Assembly: GCA_951406725.2 (NCBI GenBank)
Contig: OX597814.1
Location: 55,490,001 to 55,554,000, forward strand
Direction of reading: 5' to 3'
Length of the DNA: 64,000 nt
From: Octopus vulgaris
Lineage: Eukaryota
Shown here: positions 11,676 to 27,190 of the stretch, one piece after another
Layout of the letters: each line of letters begins with the position of its first letter
Position numbering within the stretch: the stretch's first letter is position 1
Translations under genes and position numbers: made by a program
Notes under the pieces: generated by a model
What the model was told of the DNA's origin: nothing
The model's database searches: none
Seen by the model: only the letters and a program-made list of their open reading frames with translations

Positions 11676-14480
11676 TGCATTATTGACAGAATAATGTTGC
11701 ATGAATTGGCATTCTTCAAACTTCAACTCTTCAGATCAACACACATTTTAATATAATATATGAGATGGTTTTAAAATAATATATTATTAGAAATTTTTCA
11801 GTAATCATACATTAACTGTTTTGATAACTATGTAATCTATGAAATATATTATCAATAAGTGGGACTTTTATTCAAATTTTATTTTGATAAATGGTTACCA
11901 TCATATATAAATATAGCTTAGCTATGTCTGGTATGCAAAACAAAAATTAGCAACTTACTTTGTTCAAAGAATCGAAAGGTATAAAGATGCTAATTATTTG
12001 AAGCATTAGCGAAGAACAGCATCACATTTACTTGATATTGCTACTGTTTACTTGTCTGTGTGTTGTTCAGAAAGACTTAGTGTAATTCATTTGACAAATA
12101 TGTGTTACTATTAGTCAGATTTCCAAATAGGAGGATTGAAGAACAGTTGTTAGTGGTAATTTATAGTTATGGATAAATGGGCTAATTTTGAAGAACATAT
12201 GTGTGAAATAAAAGATTTCAAAATATTTGATGTTTATTATTTTTATAAGTCAAGAAAATTCTTTAATAATATATGTCTTCTCAACCAGCTGCTAGAGTTC
12301 AGTAATTTGTAAGGATAGGGTGTTCAACAAAATCAATAAGGTGTTCAACAAAATCAATCATAAACAGCTGTAGTATAAAATGATATTTGAAGAGATATTA
12401 AATGACCAGCTCCTGACTTATGAGTCCAAATCTACTGCAGATTTGAACTAACCTTTTGAATGTTAGCAACTAAAATTCCCTTTTGGTTTGTAAATAGATT
12501 ATTTTGTGAGAAAATTCTGGCTAATTTGGAACCTTCTAGTTGAGAATTTAAAGTGTTATATAATGAATTACACATCAGTTGAAAAGACATGATTCATCTT
12601 TATGACAGCTGACTTTCTTTAATGATTGTATATTATTTTCATTAGGTATGTTCACAGTAACTCTGGTGTATAAGTTGACCATTAAAACTGGATATAAAAG
12701 TGAAAGGTTAATTGAATCATCTAGTAGCTGGTTCAATCAGTAGTTTACCTTAGGACAGCTGGTACTATATGCTAGTTTAAAAAGCTAAATCCATATTAAG
12801 GAGTCGGCAGAAGCTTGTGTATATATGCACACATCTATTCACACACATGCTCATATAAGACTAAGAAAATGGGACAAGAAATCATGAAAGTGCTATGAAA
12901 GTGGGATAAAAAATCCTTAAGAATGATTTCCATTAGTAACAATCTGTTTTTGTAGGGAATTCTGTAGAGTATAGGTGTGTTGTCTACTAATGTTTTCCTA
13001 TCTCCTAGTGTTTTTCACTGTATGCATGGTAACTGTTCTTTCTTTGTATGCATGGTAACTGTTCTTTGATATAAGTGCCTGGTAATTCAACATAAGTGTG
13101 TATGCATAGACTTAATTTAGCAGTTAGTCTTGTAGTGTACAACTTCTATGTTTGCAATATAATTCATAAATTACATTAGTCATTTGTAGCTTTTTAGAAG
13201 GTTTATATGCTTGTGGTTTGAAAATAGGGATTTTAATGAATAATAAGATTAATAATGGAGATATCATTCATAACAGCACAAGGCTAAAATAACGACAACA
13301 CATGAACACACTAGTCTGAAACAAAAATTAACTCTAGACAGATGATGTATAAACATATTTATCAAAATTCTGATGGAAATATCTATACCGATCATATTGG
13401 CCCTGTCTATTATAGAGAAGCAGCAGCACATGATGACATCACTTTATCCAGTAGATGAGACTACGAAGGACTAGAAGATGGATTTAGGAACACTTTACAA
13501 GGAACTCAATGAAAATATGAAAATACCACATTGAAAAAGATAAAACTAGAACACAGATTCTTCAATACCAGGTGTGTGTGTGTGTTCGTATACACATACA
13601 CACATGCACACACAAGGACACATATATACATATACATACAATGGGTTTCTTTCAGCTTCAGTCTATACTATCCACTCGCAAGGCTTTGGCAAGCCCAGGG
13701 CTATAGTAGAAAACACCCAAGGATCCACTTCTTACCACACAGCCATGCTTGTGCCTCTTTCTCTCTCTCTTTCTCTCCATACATATATATATATATATAT
13801 ATAGATGCACATACACACACATCTTTTCTCATGCATGTGAATTATTTTGTTTCAGACATCAAAGTTCCATCCCTTTTCTTTGACTTTTCTCAATTATCAT
13901 TATGTATCATATAAATATCTGATTAACTATATTGACTTCTTGCAAGTCAATAAAGCAAAGACAATTTGAAAATTTTATACTCTTTGGAAAAATCATTATT
14001 ATTACTGAAAGGAAAAAAGCTCAATTTATAATCAAAACTGAGTCAAGAACTCAGTTAACTCATGACTTACCACTACTCCACAGTGCTCAGCAACAGCAGC
14101 CTAAAAGTCAAACATTTTTAATGGTTTCAACTTTAAACTGAGCTCAGTTTAATTGAGATTTTATCTGGTCTGTTACTTGTGGAAAAAAAAATCTAGGATT
14201 ATTATACGCATAAAAACATACAGAGCAAGTACTAGCAGAAGCTTATGAAAATAAAAACAGAACAAGATAAATGAAAGTACTCACATACAACAAACAACAG
14301 CTACTACTGATTGAAGAAGCAGCGACCAAAATAAAGTATAATACAGTTTTGTTAAGGTGATAAATGTTTAGTTTATAATGCAAGAAGATATTATTATGTA
14401 GCTATTTTCAGATCAATTTCTAAAATATTTGATTTGATATTGATTTAATACATAGTATGACAGAAAGAGAGAGAGAGAGA

Positions 14481-14542
<62 letters not shown>

Positions 14543-16314
14543 AGAAAAGCCAGATAGATATATGAATGGAAAAACAGAAAGTGCAAGTTTCGCTAAAAAA
14601 CAAAAAAACAACCCAAAATACTATTTATCCTAATTTTATGAAATATCAAATGTGTTTATAAATAATTTTACCAATTAATTCACTGAATTAAGATGTATTT
14701 TTTATCTTGCCAAAATGTTGTTTTAACCATATCTGCTAATGATGATTTCTAACTTAAACAAAAGATCACAGATTTTAGGGAAAGGATGTTGTCAATTAAA
14801 TTGATACTAGTATTGATTGATAGTTATTTTATTGGCCCTGAAAAATATCTACTAATAATGCAACTATTAAATGCCATAACATAACTTTTTCTCTTTTTTA
14901 CAGCAAAACAATTTATTCTACCTTTGAGGTATTTATGCTCCTTCCTGATTTTTGATGCTCATTATCAGTAGTTTCTTTGAATATTATTGTTTATAATATA
15001 TATTAAATGTCATATACAGTTATTATACCAAAAGGTGATATTTAACAATTGTTTTTCACTGATAAAATACCTCAGACTACCAAATGGCAAATTGTAGCTA
15101 AACTTTGTTCAGTTCATTGAATTTTGTAATTCTAATAAATTATATTCGTATTCACACTGATTAAGTTTGCAGAAGCTAAAAGAAATAAAAAAATAAAACA
15201 AAATAATCATCATTATCCATTCATTTCCATTCTAATAATACTAGTTACTTTTAATGACTTATAGTCATCTTGTTACTGTCTGTATAGTAAACATGTTGTC
15301 CCAGGTCAGCACTCATGGAGGTAACTTTTGATCAAAGGCAGTCCAGCCTTGTCCCCACTACCTTTATATATCCTTGAGTCAATTTTGTCTAATAAAGGGT
15401 GATGGAAATCAGAATCAGTAGAGCACTGAACAAAATACCATGAAGTACTTATTTAATGCCTTTTATAATCTGTATTCAAATCCTATCAAGGCTGGCAGAA
15501 TAAGTACTAATCAATATTATACTCAAAATCTTTGCTCATGTTAAAAAAATATATATAGGCAGACATTTCTATCGTTGATGTTAGGCTTAAACCTCTACAC
15601 GCCAATGTGTATTGGAAATATTGGCACAAGCTTGTATCACTTCTCTTTTTCTTTAAGATGAATTCTTTTTTAGAACATTTTTTTCAGTAAAAGAGTTTTA
15701 AATTTGAATGGAGAATATACTGTAAGTTAACAACTTAACAATAAAAGCTATTAACAGTGGAAATAAACTGAAGAATTTTTAGGAGGCAGATGAAAAGTGT
15801 TCAATCTGATTTAAGACACAGCATCAATACATATGGAGATTTTGCATATTTCAGGCCTGGACAATTCATGCCAGTATTACATATTACTGGCCAAGGAGAT
15901 GTGATATTGGACTCCTGTGTGATAAATATCATATCCAAGTAGATATGATATTTATCATACAGGAATTCAATCCATTGCAGATATATTACAAATATTTCTT
16001 AATTTTACATATTTCAGTTCACAGTAGTTAAAAATAGGCACCAGATCCATTGGAAATGTTTTCTGAAATATGCAAGGGTTCTAACAAAGGTAGATTTATT
16101 TCTGATCTGTTTTATGCCCTGTAACTCTAAGTTCTGACCCTTGAAAACCTCCCAGGGATTAGGAGACGAGTACATTTAATCTGGTGTTCTGTCATTTTGC
16201 CATTCCAGCATCTTTTCCATTCTTACTGTTAATTTTGGATTTGATTATGCATATGCTTGTACATAGGATGAGTACAAAACATTTTTGAAGCAGTATTAGG
16301 TTAGTAGTGCTAAC

Positions 16315-16375
16315 AGTTAGTGCATGCTGCTCCAATTTTTTACATTTTGCTTTCAGTTGCTGCAATTTCCCCGCC
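16315..16375 (-). CDS. Candidate Slo2 micro-exon (AGKLQQLKAKCKKLEQHALT), coiled-coil-like
   Basis: Pyrimidine tract ttttttttatcccctacaaaaag|, weak donor ACT|gttagc; 61 nt, phase 2->0; with the 44-nt exon it preserves frame (105 nt). Confidence 0.5.
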
Positions 16376-19300
16376 CTTTTTGTAGGGGATAAAAAAAAAG
16401 AGTTGAATGTGTAAGTCACCTGCTAATATTTGGTCACTCTACTACCATGACTTCTGTGGTTCCTTGTGATCATATACAGTAAGTGTATACCTTGCAGTTC
16501 TAAGCTAAACTGTAAAGGATCATGGTCCATCAGTGTGTGGACATACTCTGGTTTCACTCAACTACAATCTTAATGCTGGGGTCAACATAATCAACTAGTC
16601 TTCCTCCTGCAAAAATCTCGTCTGCTTTCACAAATAGCAAGAGCAGATGAGACTGCCATAACTTGCAATCTATCTAGTAGGAAGTCATTCCAAACAAAAA
16701 CTATGGATGTTGCTTGTGCCTGGGTTCTTATTGTGTGTCACCTGAGGTTTTCAAAGTAAAGGGCAGACAAGGGCTTATGTCTAAAAATGGTAGAGCAGGG
16801 CTATAAATAGTTGTGTCTTGCATGTTTTTAAACAACAGTGTAAAACCTAATAATAGATGAAAAAGTTATTGAAAATCCTTAATTTTATGGAGAATTGAGA
16901 TGGATAGAGATGCCAGTGGAAGACTCGTCTGAAGATGAACTACATAATAATAATAATAATCCTTTCTATTATAAGCACAAAGCTGGAAATTTTGCAGGAG
17001 GGAGACTAGTTGATTACATCAACCCCCAGAGTTGCACCAGTACTTATTTTACTGACTCTGAAATGATGAAAAGTAAAGTCAACCTTGGTGGAAATTGAAC
17101 TCAGAATAAAAAAACTGAAAGAAATGCCACTGAACATTTTGTTTGATGTTTTAAGAATTCTGCCAGCTTGCTGCCTTAATAATGGTTGCTACTGTACTAT
17201 GCTATACATTGACAGTTGATACAAATGAGATTGTGTGCTTTTTTTTTAGCAACTAACATATGTCCAGATGCATCAATTGAATTTGTTTCTCTAGTCTGTT
17301 CTTTTTTAGTTATGCTATGTATCTTAGCTGGATATCAGTTCCTACAAAAAGTGTCCAATTGCAAAATACAATGAATTCAATATATCCAGAATAATGGTTT
17401 TTAAATAGTATTGTGAAAGAAATAAAGGAACATTATGAAAATTAAATTTTCCCCCAAAAGCAATAATTAAAGCCAGTCCATTCTGAAATCAAAACCAAGC
17501 TGAAAGCTCTATCTTTAAAGAATTATCTCCATACCCAACAGATATTTGAAACAGTAATGGAAAGGCTTAATATGTTAAGCCTTCATCAAAACATAAGTTA
17601 AATATCCTTACTGTTAATAGCAATAAAAAAAGAAAGAATTTAAACAGAAAGACCTATATAATAAAAACAGCTTAATATAGTATTAGTTTGTTTAATATTA
17701 ATCTGAAAACCAATATAACTGTTGAATGGAGCATCCTATCAATTGGAAGTAACTTTTGAAAACCATGAGGAACTTGATAAATTCCTCATATGTCCATCTA
17801 AAATAGTAAGCATGTCTATATTTTAGAAATTTATATTTAAAGCAAAATTAAAGTAGAATTTCACTTTCTGATCTTGAAGTATTAAAAGGTTTAAGAATGT
17901 AATTTACTAGCTACTTGTTATTCTTTACATGAAATACAGGCATTTAAATGAATTAATTATTCCTTTCATTTGCAAATTTAGCAAAGATCATATATTAATT
18001 TCATTCTAAAATCTATTTTAGTTTTTAAAATGAGTAATGCGGCTTAAAGAATAATTTTTATTATTGAAAGAAGAAATGAAGAACAGCATGACATTTTCTA
18101 CTTTGGCATTCTAGTTGACCTACTGTAGGCAATGCAGCATTAAAATAGATGAAATTTCTAATTTGTGCAGTGTGCACATCTTAAAGGCATCTGGCAAGAT
18201 TTGCATCCTAATATGTCTATTATTCATGCAAACTACTCCACTTACCCTCTCTGACTGACTACATTGAAGGCAGTTCATAACTTTGTTCCAGACTGATATA
18301 AGGCCATCAGATGAAGTGTTGGTAAATCTTGGAGATTCAAAGGTAGGAAAATATTCTACAAGGAAGTTGGTGACAAATTCAGGAATGTTTTCAAAAACCC
18401 CAACAATGAAAATTTAGTTTGTATTGTTTACCAACACAAGCTTTACAAATTTAATTTGGAAAATATGAAAATATAGAAGAAATAAAAGAACAACCCTACA
18501 TTGAAAGAAGAATTATAACTGATTAAACTTATAACTATAAAATTTGAAATCTTGAAAATTATAACATATTTTAGTACTAAGTTATAAGTTTCTTGTAAAG
18601 TATGAGTATACAATTATATACAATAAATAAATAAATAAATAAGATCTACATTTTTTCGGATTATTTCTTTTAACATCACTTAGTTATATTGTTAAAAACT
18701 GAAAAATTTTACAAATTTTGAAATTTGCTTGAATTTAAAAGAAAAAGAATTTACTTAATACTGAAGTAGAAATTATGAGTATTTTGTGCTGCTTTTCTAC
18801 GGAGCATAATTAAATAAGTGACTTTATATAACTTTTTATTTGAATAGTATAGTTTCTTTCTCACTTATGTACACACACATACATACACACATATATTCAT
18901 ATGCATATACACACTTTTTTTAATCAGAGGTTGTGGACAATTTTTGACTGTTCTAAACAATAGCACCTAACCCTCCATAGGTAATTGTTGCTTTCCCTGT
19001 GTGCACTTTATTCTACACATTAAAACATCCAGTCTTAACAATCTTAGACCTAAGACATGTGGTCTTGATGACATTTGTTTTGCACTGAGAAACAGTTTTG
19101 CCTATGTTAATACTCATAGCAAAAATGTTGCAGGTCCTCTTCATAATACACCACAATTCAATAAACAGTTCTAAACTACTGATTAAAAAGCCTCTAATTT
19201 TATTGTTAGCAAATAAATTTTGGCAATATGTGCTGATCCTACTAAATATGTAGGTGCTAAAGCTTTGGACACTAGATATATTTACTCAATTTATTTGATT

Positions 19301-21010
19301 TCCATTGAAGGGTATTTTACAAGAAATTTGTCACTTGCATTACTCAGATATTATTATCATAAGTGCAGGTATGGCTGTGGGGTAAAATGTTTGATTCTGA
19401 GCCACATGGTTCTAAGTTGTCTTTTCTGTGCTTGTGTTTGTCTCTCAGCACCACTTGACAACTGGTGCTGTTCTGTTTACGTTCTCGTAACTTTGTGACT
19501 TGGCAAAAAGAGGTTGATAAAATAAATACCAGGCTTAAAAAAAAGTACTGGAGTTGATTTGTTTGACTAAACTTTTTGAGGTGTGCCCCAGCATGGACGC
19601 AGTTCAAGGAATGAAACAAGTAAAAGATAAAAGACATATGTGTATGTTTGTGTGTGAGTCTTTAGGCTGGCACTTGTTTCTTCACTTCTTGACAACCAAT
19701 GTTGGTTTGTTTACACCCCTGTAACTGTTCGGCAAAAAAGACCAATAAAATAAGTACCAGACTTGAAATACATAAAAAAAACAAACAAAAAAAAGTACTG
19801 GAGACAATTTGTTTGACTAAACCCTTTAAGTGGGTACGCCAGCATGGCCACAGTCCAATGACTGAAATAAATAAAAGATAAGAGATGAAATCAGCTCAGT
19901 ACTTCACAAAAATTTAACTTTACAGACCCAGGGAAAGATGAAAAGGAAAGTTAATTCAGTTGGCTATTTTTGCAAGCTAATTTATGGTAAGTATCTATTT
20001 TTGTTAGAGAAAATACCATGTCAAACAATATACATGTCTAATACAATTACTTAAAATTTTGAAATGTTACTTGAGCTGAAGAACATTATCAATGGTTATT
20101 GACCTGTTAGGAAATAGTTTTTGAACCTGTTAATGTGCCTCGCTTGTACATACATTAATTTTTAAATTGGTTTAATGATTACCATGTCTATATCAGTAAT
20201 AGCTCTTAGAATTAAAAATTGTATGTATATGTTTGTGTGTATGTGTGAATATGTGTAGATGAGGGAGAGAGAAAATGAGAGGGAGAAAGGGAAAGAAAGA
20301 GATACTGAGGAGCTGAAGGATGAGAAGTGATATTTGCAATTTGATATTACAAGTTTTATGTTCACACTGCTGTCATTCATTTAAAATACTGCCTTAAGTA
20401 ACTCAGTCTTTTATAAATCTATCATTAATAAAATAAATGGTAGTTCAATTTAAAAGAGGGAGAGCTAGGTCTCTTTTTTGATTAGCATAATGTCACTCAC
20501 ACACACAATCCAGCCTCTGGCCTAGTTGCACCATTTCCTCCTTTCTTTGTTTTTGCTATAGCTACTATAATGGCCCTTGCTTCCTGGTGCTGACTGTTCT
20601 CAGTAAAGCATTCCTGTCCCACTCATCTCTCTTTTTGTAATGTGTGTGTGTGTGTGTGTGTATTTAGAGTGAGTTTATATTTTTATATATTTATGCTTGT
20701 GTTGATAGGTTGGCTAATAGATGCATTACTTTAAGTTTTTGCAAAAAGTTTCATAAACACATAAGAAAAAGGCATCTGATTATTGGGAAGTTTATCTCAG
20801 TAGTACCCAAATGATTAGGTATGATGCTTTTTCTTATATGTGAAACCTTAAGTAATGCATTTTCAAGTCAAACTGTCATTACAAATATTTAAAGCACATG
20901 ACATGTATTGAGCGTCCTTTCCTTTTATTTGTACACATAGATGTGTGTGTGTGTGTATACACATGATAGATCGCTAGCCACTACACATTCTTTATTTTCT
21001 CTCCCTGTTT

Positions 21011-21046
21011 CTTTCTGTGGAAGAGCATGGGTTCAAAACATTAAAG
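21011..21046 (+). ncRNA. CpG-decayed minimal hammerhead remnant
   Basis: CUUU-CUGUGGA-A-GAGC-augg-GUUC-AAAAC-AUU-AAAG; stem I CUUU/AAAG; consistent with an ancestral ...GCUC-GAAAC-GUH. Confidence 0.45.
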
Positions 21047-21136
21047 ACTTTTTCACTTCCCGAGCATTAAACTAATACATCTGTTTGTGTCGTCTACACC
21101 ACCTGTCTTCGTTTTTTTTTTTTTTTTGTGAATTCT

Positions 21137-21178
<42 letters not shown>

Positions 21179-21205
21179 GTTAAATATATATATACATATA
21201 TATAT

Positions 21206-21236
<31 letters not shown>

Positions 21237-21340
21237 GTATCTTTATTTCAATTGAATCAGTTTTTTGCCACACAGAGTTTCACACAGGGTTTTCAGGCAA
21301 TAAATACATACATGCATAATATATATATATATATGTGTAA

Positions 21341-21375
<35 letters not shown>

Positions 21376-23674
21376 TACGTATGTATGTATGTATATTTAT
21401 GCATGTGAGGGTGTGTATGTTTTCCCCACTGCAACATGCTGGAAATTTGTGCAAGTTTTGGTATTTGTAAACTTGTTAGAATAAATGTCTTCTTCCTCTT
21501 TCTCCTTTTGTTTTTCAACAATCATAAAATAAGTATTTGGCTAAACTACTTTTATTATAATCTTATTTATGTATGATCGGTGTTTTTTTCTCTCTTTTCT
21601 ACTCACATTACCTTCAATGCATAGACACTGTACATAAATGTGTAATTTAAGAAGACTGCACAATAAAATTTAATGGGTGTCCCAATTCCCATAAAACATT
21701 GAATAGGTAATATACACACACAAACATACATACAGAGCACATACACACTGTAAAATGGTTGGCATTAGGAAGGACATCCAGCCATACAAACCATGCCAAA
21801 ACAAGACGACTGGAGCCTAGTGCAGCCCTCTGATTTGCCAGCTCCTGTGAAACCATCCAACCCATGCCACCATGGAAAATAGATGTTAAATGATGATGAT
21901 GATGATGATGTTGATATATATGGCATGCAGAGCTTTTCTTTAACCCCATAACATCAGTTGATATAAATTTATGTCCACTGTGTACTTGCTTTGAGTTAGA
22001 CAACAAAAATATAAACAGCCCTATCTGCTGTGGTTTTGTACCTGTTTGTGTACTGGTTGACATAAATATCCACTATCACTCATGGAACCAATAATAGAGG
22101 CCACTGTGCAAATTTCAAGGAATCTGATAGCTTTGTTAGACTCTTCATGTAAATATTTCCAACTCAGTGCAAGACTTCATCACCATAATAGTATAAAAAC
22201 AACAGTTTTGGTGGTTACACCACCATTTCCACAATGGCTTCCTATCAAATTTGTACACATTCAGCAAATTCTTCTGGTCCTTCATGGAATTTATAGCCGC
22301 ATCTAGCTAAGCCAGTTTCATTGAATTTACAGTCCTCGCAGTGATGACAGCTTACATAAATAAACAATGCATGCTTTAAAGTGGTTGATGAAATATATGC
22401 CAAACTGTTGTCGTGTGCTAATTGCTGATCTTGGCCAAGATGATTACTGTCAGTGCAACCTGGTTGCTTGATAAAAAAGACCTATTGTCATGGGGTTAAA
22501 GGCAAGACAATATCACACAATACATTTGCCAAAAAATGTTGGTGCCAACATTTCAGATACTTATCTAGTCTACAGAAGAAATTTGCTCCATAGATATTAA
22601 AACCTGCAAAGTCCTGATATCAACTGTAAACTTCCACAAAAAGTGATATTCACAAGCTCTCTCCCAGAAGAAAAGAGGCAGGTAAAAGTCAGGAGTATGC
22701 TCCTTAAGAAACACTCATTTGATGATCTCCTATATGAACCCAGAATTACATACCACAACAAATATCTGGAAGAGGAACACTCTGTATACTACAAAAAGTT
22801 AGGCATGGCTGCATGGTTAAGAAACTCACTTTGCAGCCATGTGATTTTGGGTTCAGTTCCACTGCATGTCACTGGAATAAATAAGGACTATTCTCCAGTT
22901 ATTGAATATGTATATGCATATCAGTAAATATAAATCATATTGGTAGGACATTTCAAGCAAAATTTTTGCTGCAAATCTAAGGAGCAAGATATAATTGTTT
23001 GGAACAAGAAAGAAATATTGTAAGCAGTCATGCAGATCAGCTACTTTACAGATGTGGACATTTCTTCTAGTGGGGAGTTTATCAATGGACAGTTGTTTCA
23101 AAACCTACAGTTTCTCTTTGATTATAAATTCATATTTATGCCAAATAATTAGCTATGTTAAGTGATCAGCTAGTTCACATTTCCCAAATAAAATCTATAA
23201 GTGTAACAATAAAAATGCAAAACTTTTCTGAAGATCAACAGGTAATACTTAGCATTGTGGTTATTCAAATACCAACAATAAAGTATTGTTTCTTTGTTAG
23301 GAACCAGCTTATTCCTTGTACGAAGAATTCAAATAAATAAGAGTAGTAAGAAAAGAAACAATATAAATACATACATTATGCAGAGAAGCATAAAATATAT
23401 ATGTGCTTCAAAACAGAATTAATGACTAATGATAGCAATAATAAATTAAAAATAAATAATCTTCAATGCCTGGAACTTCTGAACAAATATCCACAATGCT
23501 TTTTATCCCTTCATCTACATAAAACTCTTTACACATATTCACATATACATTATATTAATTTAAAATATATGATTTAATGTACATGCTTAAACATTCTTAA
23601 TTAATGTTTGATACATTTAATATTTGCTAATTATTTTTAAGGATTATCATTATCATTATTATCACTTTTTCTGT

Positions 23675-23985
23675 GAAGGCATGTGGCTCAGTTGTTAGAG
23701 TATTTGGTTCAAGCTTTTAAGGTCATGAGTTTGCTTCCTGGCAAAGTGGTGTGTCCTTGAACAAGATATTTTATTTCATTATGCTCCAGTCCACTCAGCT
23801 GGTAAAAATGAGTTTTATCTGTATTTCACATTCTGTGTCATGCTGAATCTCTCTGAGAACTATATTAAGGGTACATGTATCTGTGGAATGCTCTGCCACA
23901 CACACATTAATTTCACAAGCAGGCTGCTCCGTTGCTTGGATCAACTGGAACCCTTGTCATTGTAACAGACAGAGTGCCAGTTTAT
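23675..23985 (+). mobile_element. Third tRNA-head SINE family copy
   Basis: tggctcagttgttaga A-box-like head, gtgtccttgaacaaga core, ctccagtccactcagctg...aaatgag. Confidence 0.6.
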
Positions 23986-26089
23986 CATTTTACAACTGCT
24001 TTTCCATGCTGATATGGATTGGACATGTTGTTACATGAAGAAACAGCTTGTCTAACCCATGCCAGCATGGAAATCAAGTGGCTAAATCCTCCCTTGTGTT
24101 AAGCGATGTAAGATGCATGCAATAAATATAACAAGGTATTTTTTTTCATGTGCTTATCTAACAGTAATCCTTTGTTGATATATACACAAACACAGAAATA
24201 GAGAAAAGTAAAATACACAGAGGCTAACTGTTCATTGATGGCCTGTGAGGTCTCCAGGAAGTAATATCATATGTATGTGAGCATTCAATTTCAGTCTGGC
24301 AAATTTCACTCACGAAATAGCAGTCAAATCAAATCTATGGTAGAAAACACTTGCCAAATGCATTCTATTATGGAGATCAAACATTGTGGTTGTGAAAATA
24401 ACTTCTTAATCTCACATTTTCAAGTGTATGTATGTATGTATGTATATTTATTTATTCCTGACAGGTGCAAGGGAAATAAAGTAAAGCTGATTAAGGTGAC
24501 CCAGTACAGCACTATTTACTTACATTATTGGCTCCAAAAGGATAAAAGTCTGTAGAATCTGAACTCAGGATGTAGGGTGATAAGACTAAACACTGTTGCT
24601 AAGTTAATCCAATGCTCTAATCTCATATAACATAGTATAAATATTGAATTCTTTTGATGAAGTAAAAATAGGTTCTGTATTTAAGGAGAGAGATGAAATG
24701 GGGTTCTGTGATGTTCAGCTGTTCACCATGGGTATTAGTATTATAATCAGATGAAATAATGGATTGAAATCATGTCACTATCTTTTCCTTCCAGGGAACT
24801 TATGTCTTGGTCTTTGACTTTCACTAGTTAATATAAATCTATATTTCTTCATGTAAGTGTATATAGATATTAATTCCTAACTTAGACACAAGGATATATT
24901 TTTTTATTGGCATAAGAAAGGAAACAGAAAATGATAGCAAACTACTATTTCATACTTATTTTCTTGACTCTGGAAGGATAGAAAGCAAAAGTAATCTTGG
25001 CCAGATTCGAACTCAGAATGTTAAGAACATAACTAAATACTGTAAAGCATTTTGTCCAATACTTCACTTATTCTACTTATAAAGTGCAAAAATATAATCT
25101 TCTCAGATAGACATTTCCATTATCATTCATTTAGTCTTTTCATCAATGATATTTGTATGTGTTATTATATATATATATATGTATGTTTTAAACAAGATTA
25201 CACAATGTAAACAGATATGGCAAGCGTGTTAATATTCACATATAGCAAAGAGTTATCATTGATTTATATTAATATTAATTGTATACCACAAAATATACAA
25301 CTGTATATTTACACTCGACCATATAGAGATATAAAAAAATTAAAATATTCCCCATGCTTAATGCAAAGAACACATAAAGGGATATTGCATATGCTTTAGG
25401 AAAGTCAAGTTAATCCAAGTCATCAGTGCAAATTAGAGAAAAATGAGATAGTGAAAGAAACCAATTTAGAGGGTATTAGAGTGCTACAGAAATAAAACCC
25501 AGAAAAGAGAGTGCATTTGTTAGAAATTGCAAACAAATAAGTGAACTAAAAGGCTTAGACTGTGGCAAGAAATGTAAAAAAAAATTCCTGTTGCTAGACA
25601 ACTCATATATGAAAAAAGATTCAGAAGACAAACAGTGCTAAGGCATAACTCATTTCATGGGATATTTAATATAAATGTGTTTGTATGCGCATGCATAATG
25701 TGTGTGTATGTGTGTGTGTATATAGATATATATCATCATTTAAATATCTGTTCTCCTATTCCATGCTTGCATGGCTCAGATGGAATTTATTGAGGTAGAT
25801 ATTCCAAGGCTGGATGGCTTCCCTGTTGCCAGCCCTTACTTGTTTCCAAGCAAAGTAATATTTCCCCTTCGCCAGACATGTTTTCACAGAATATTGGAAA
25901 TGAATGCCATTTATTTACAACAATCACATGATGTCAAGGCAAGAAGACACAAACATACAACCATACACTACAACGTTTTGGTTAGCCCAGGGCTATAGTA
26001 GAAGACACTTGCCCAAGTACCATCCATGTAATAGGAATGGAAACAAAGCCATGTGATTGTGAAGCAAACATCTTCACCACAGTCATTCC

Positions 26090-26188
26090 TGTGTGTATGT
26101 GTGTGTGTGTGTATATATTTGTATATATGTATACATACGTACATACATACATACATACATACATACATACATACATACATACATACAT

Positions 26189-26227
<39 letters not shown>

Positions 26228-26253
26228 CATACATACATACATACATACATACA

Positions 26254-26284
<31 letters not shown>

Positions 26285-26285
26285 C
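26090..26285. repeat. (TG)n + (TACA)n + (CA)n compound microsatellite
   Basis: Direct reading; a similar (CATA)n tract is at 55783-55865. Confidence 0.97.
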
Positions 26286-26840
26286 ATATACATGTCATCA
26301 TTTCAATATTCACATTTTTATGCTTGCATGTATCAGACAGAATTTGTTGCTAGGTAATATTTTCCCTTGGCAGACATAAAATCTATTAATTAGTTTAGAG
26401 GTTAGTAAGATTCAATCATTATGTATATAAATATATACACTCATATATTTATGCATATATACATATATATAAATATACAATAATATACATGTATGCAAAT
26501 ATATGTATATTACATATATATACATATATGTGTATATAATACATATAGAAACAGAGCAAATTTAGCTGTTTCTCCATAGATTGGAAGAATTCATGAACAA
26601 CTTTAATCAATTTTTGTATCTTATTGGATTCTCATCAAAGGCATCTACATGAGTTTGACCAAGCCCAGGGAAACAAGCAGCCAGTATGGCAGTATTGGAG
26701 CTACTAATTTGCAAACTGTAAGTGTTCACACACTATCTTAAATATCAGGGGCTAGCCAATGGGGATCTCAGTCTACACCACACACACTCACATATACATA
26801 AATATATCTATATCCAATGATTTTACACATATAAGTTATA

Positions 26841-26930
26841 CATTCTGACGATTTGACTATACATTTTGATAATGTAATTTGTATTATGTAATTAATAATC
26901 ACCTTTTGGAAATGAAATATATGTAAAATG
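26841..26930 (+). ncRNA. Type I hammerhead-like motif, core intact, stems eroded
   Basis: CAUU-CUGACGA-[~60 nt]-GAAA-U-AUAU-G-UA-AAAUG followed by AATAAA; stem II poorly paired. Confidence 0.6.
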
Positions 26931-27190
26931 GAACAAATAAATATCTTAAAAACAATCTCTCATGTGTTATTTTATATATATATATCCTTGGATATTGTAT
27001 ATGGCAAATACCTACCAGTGCACTCATAAAAGCTCCTATGCTATTGTTACTGGCTACCATATATTACTCCCAACCTGCCAAGTTAACTGTATGGGATTGT
27101 TATGTATGTGGTATTCCATGTAGTTTAGGATAAATATATTAATAATAAGAAATATTTCATGAAGAGAGATTCTTATATTTCTATTAATAC

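Noticed and set aside
11950-12060. Minus-strand gtaagt donor suggesting a further Slo2 exon
   Set aside because: All frames from the plausible acceptor contain stops.
21920-23100. Coding-like stretch with LVDINIHYHSW, resembling an APE endonuclease motif
   Set aside because: Only one weak motif; probably an old LINE but too decayed to call.
26561-26642. Minus-strand UUGAUGA...GAAAC-AGCU motif
   Set aside because: Cleavage triplet and stem I are missing; at most a decayed relic.
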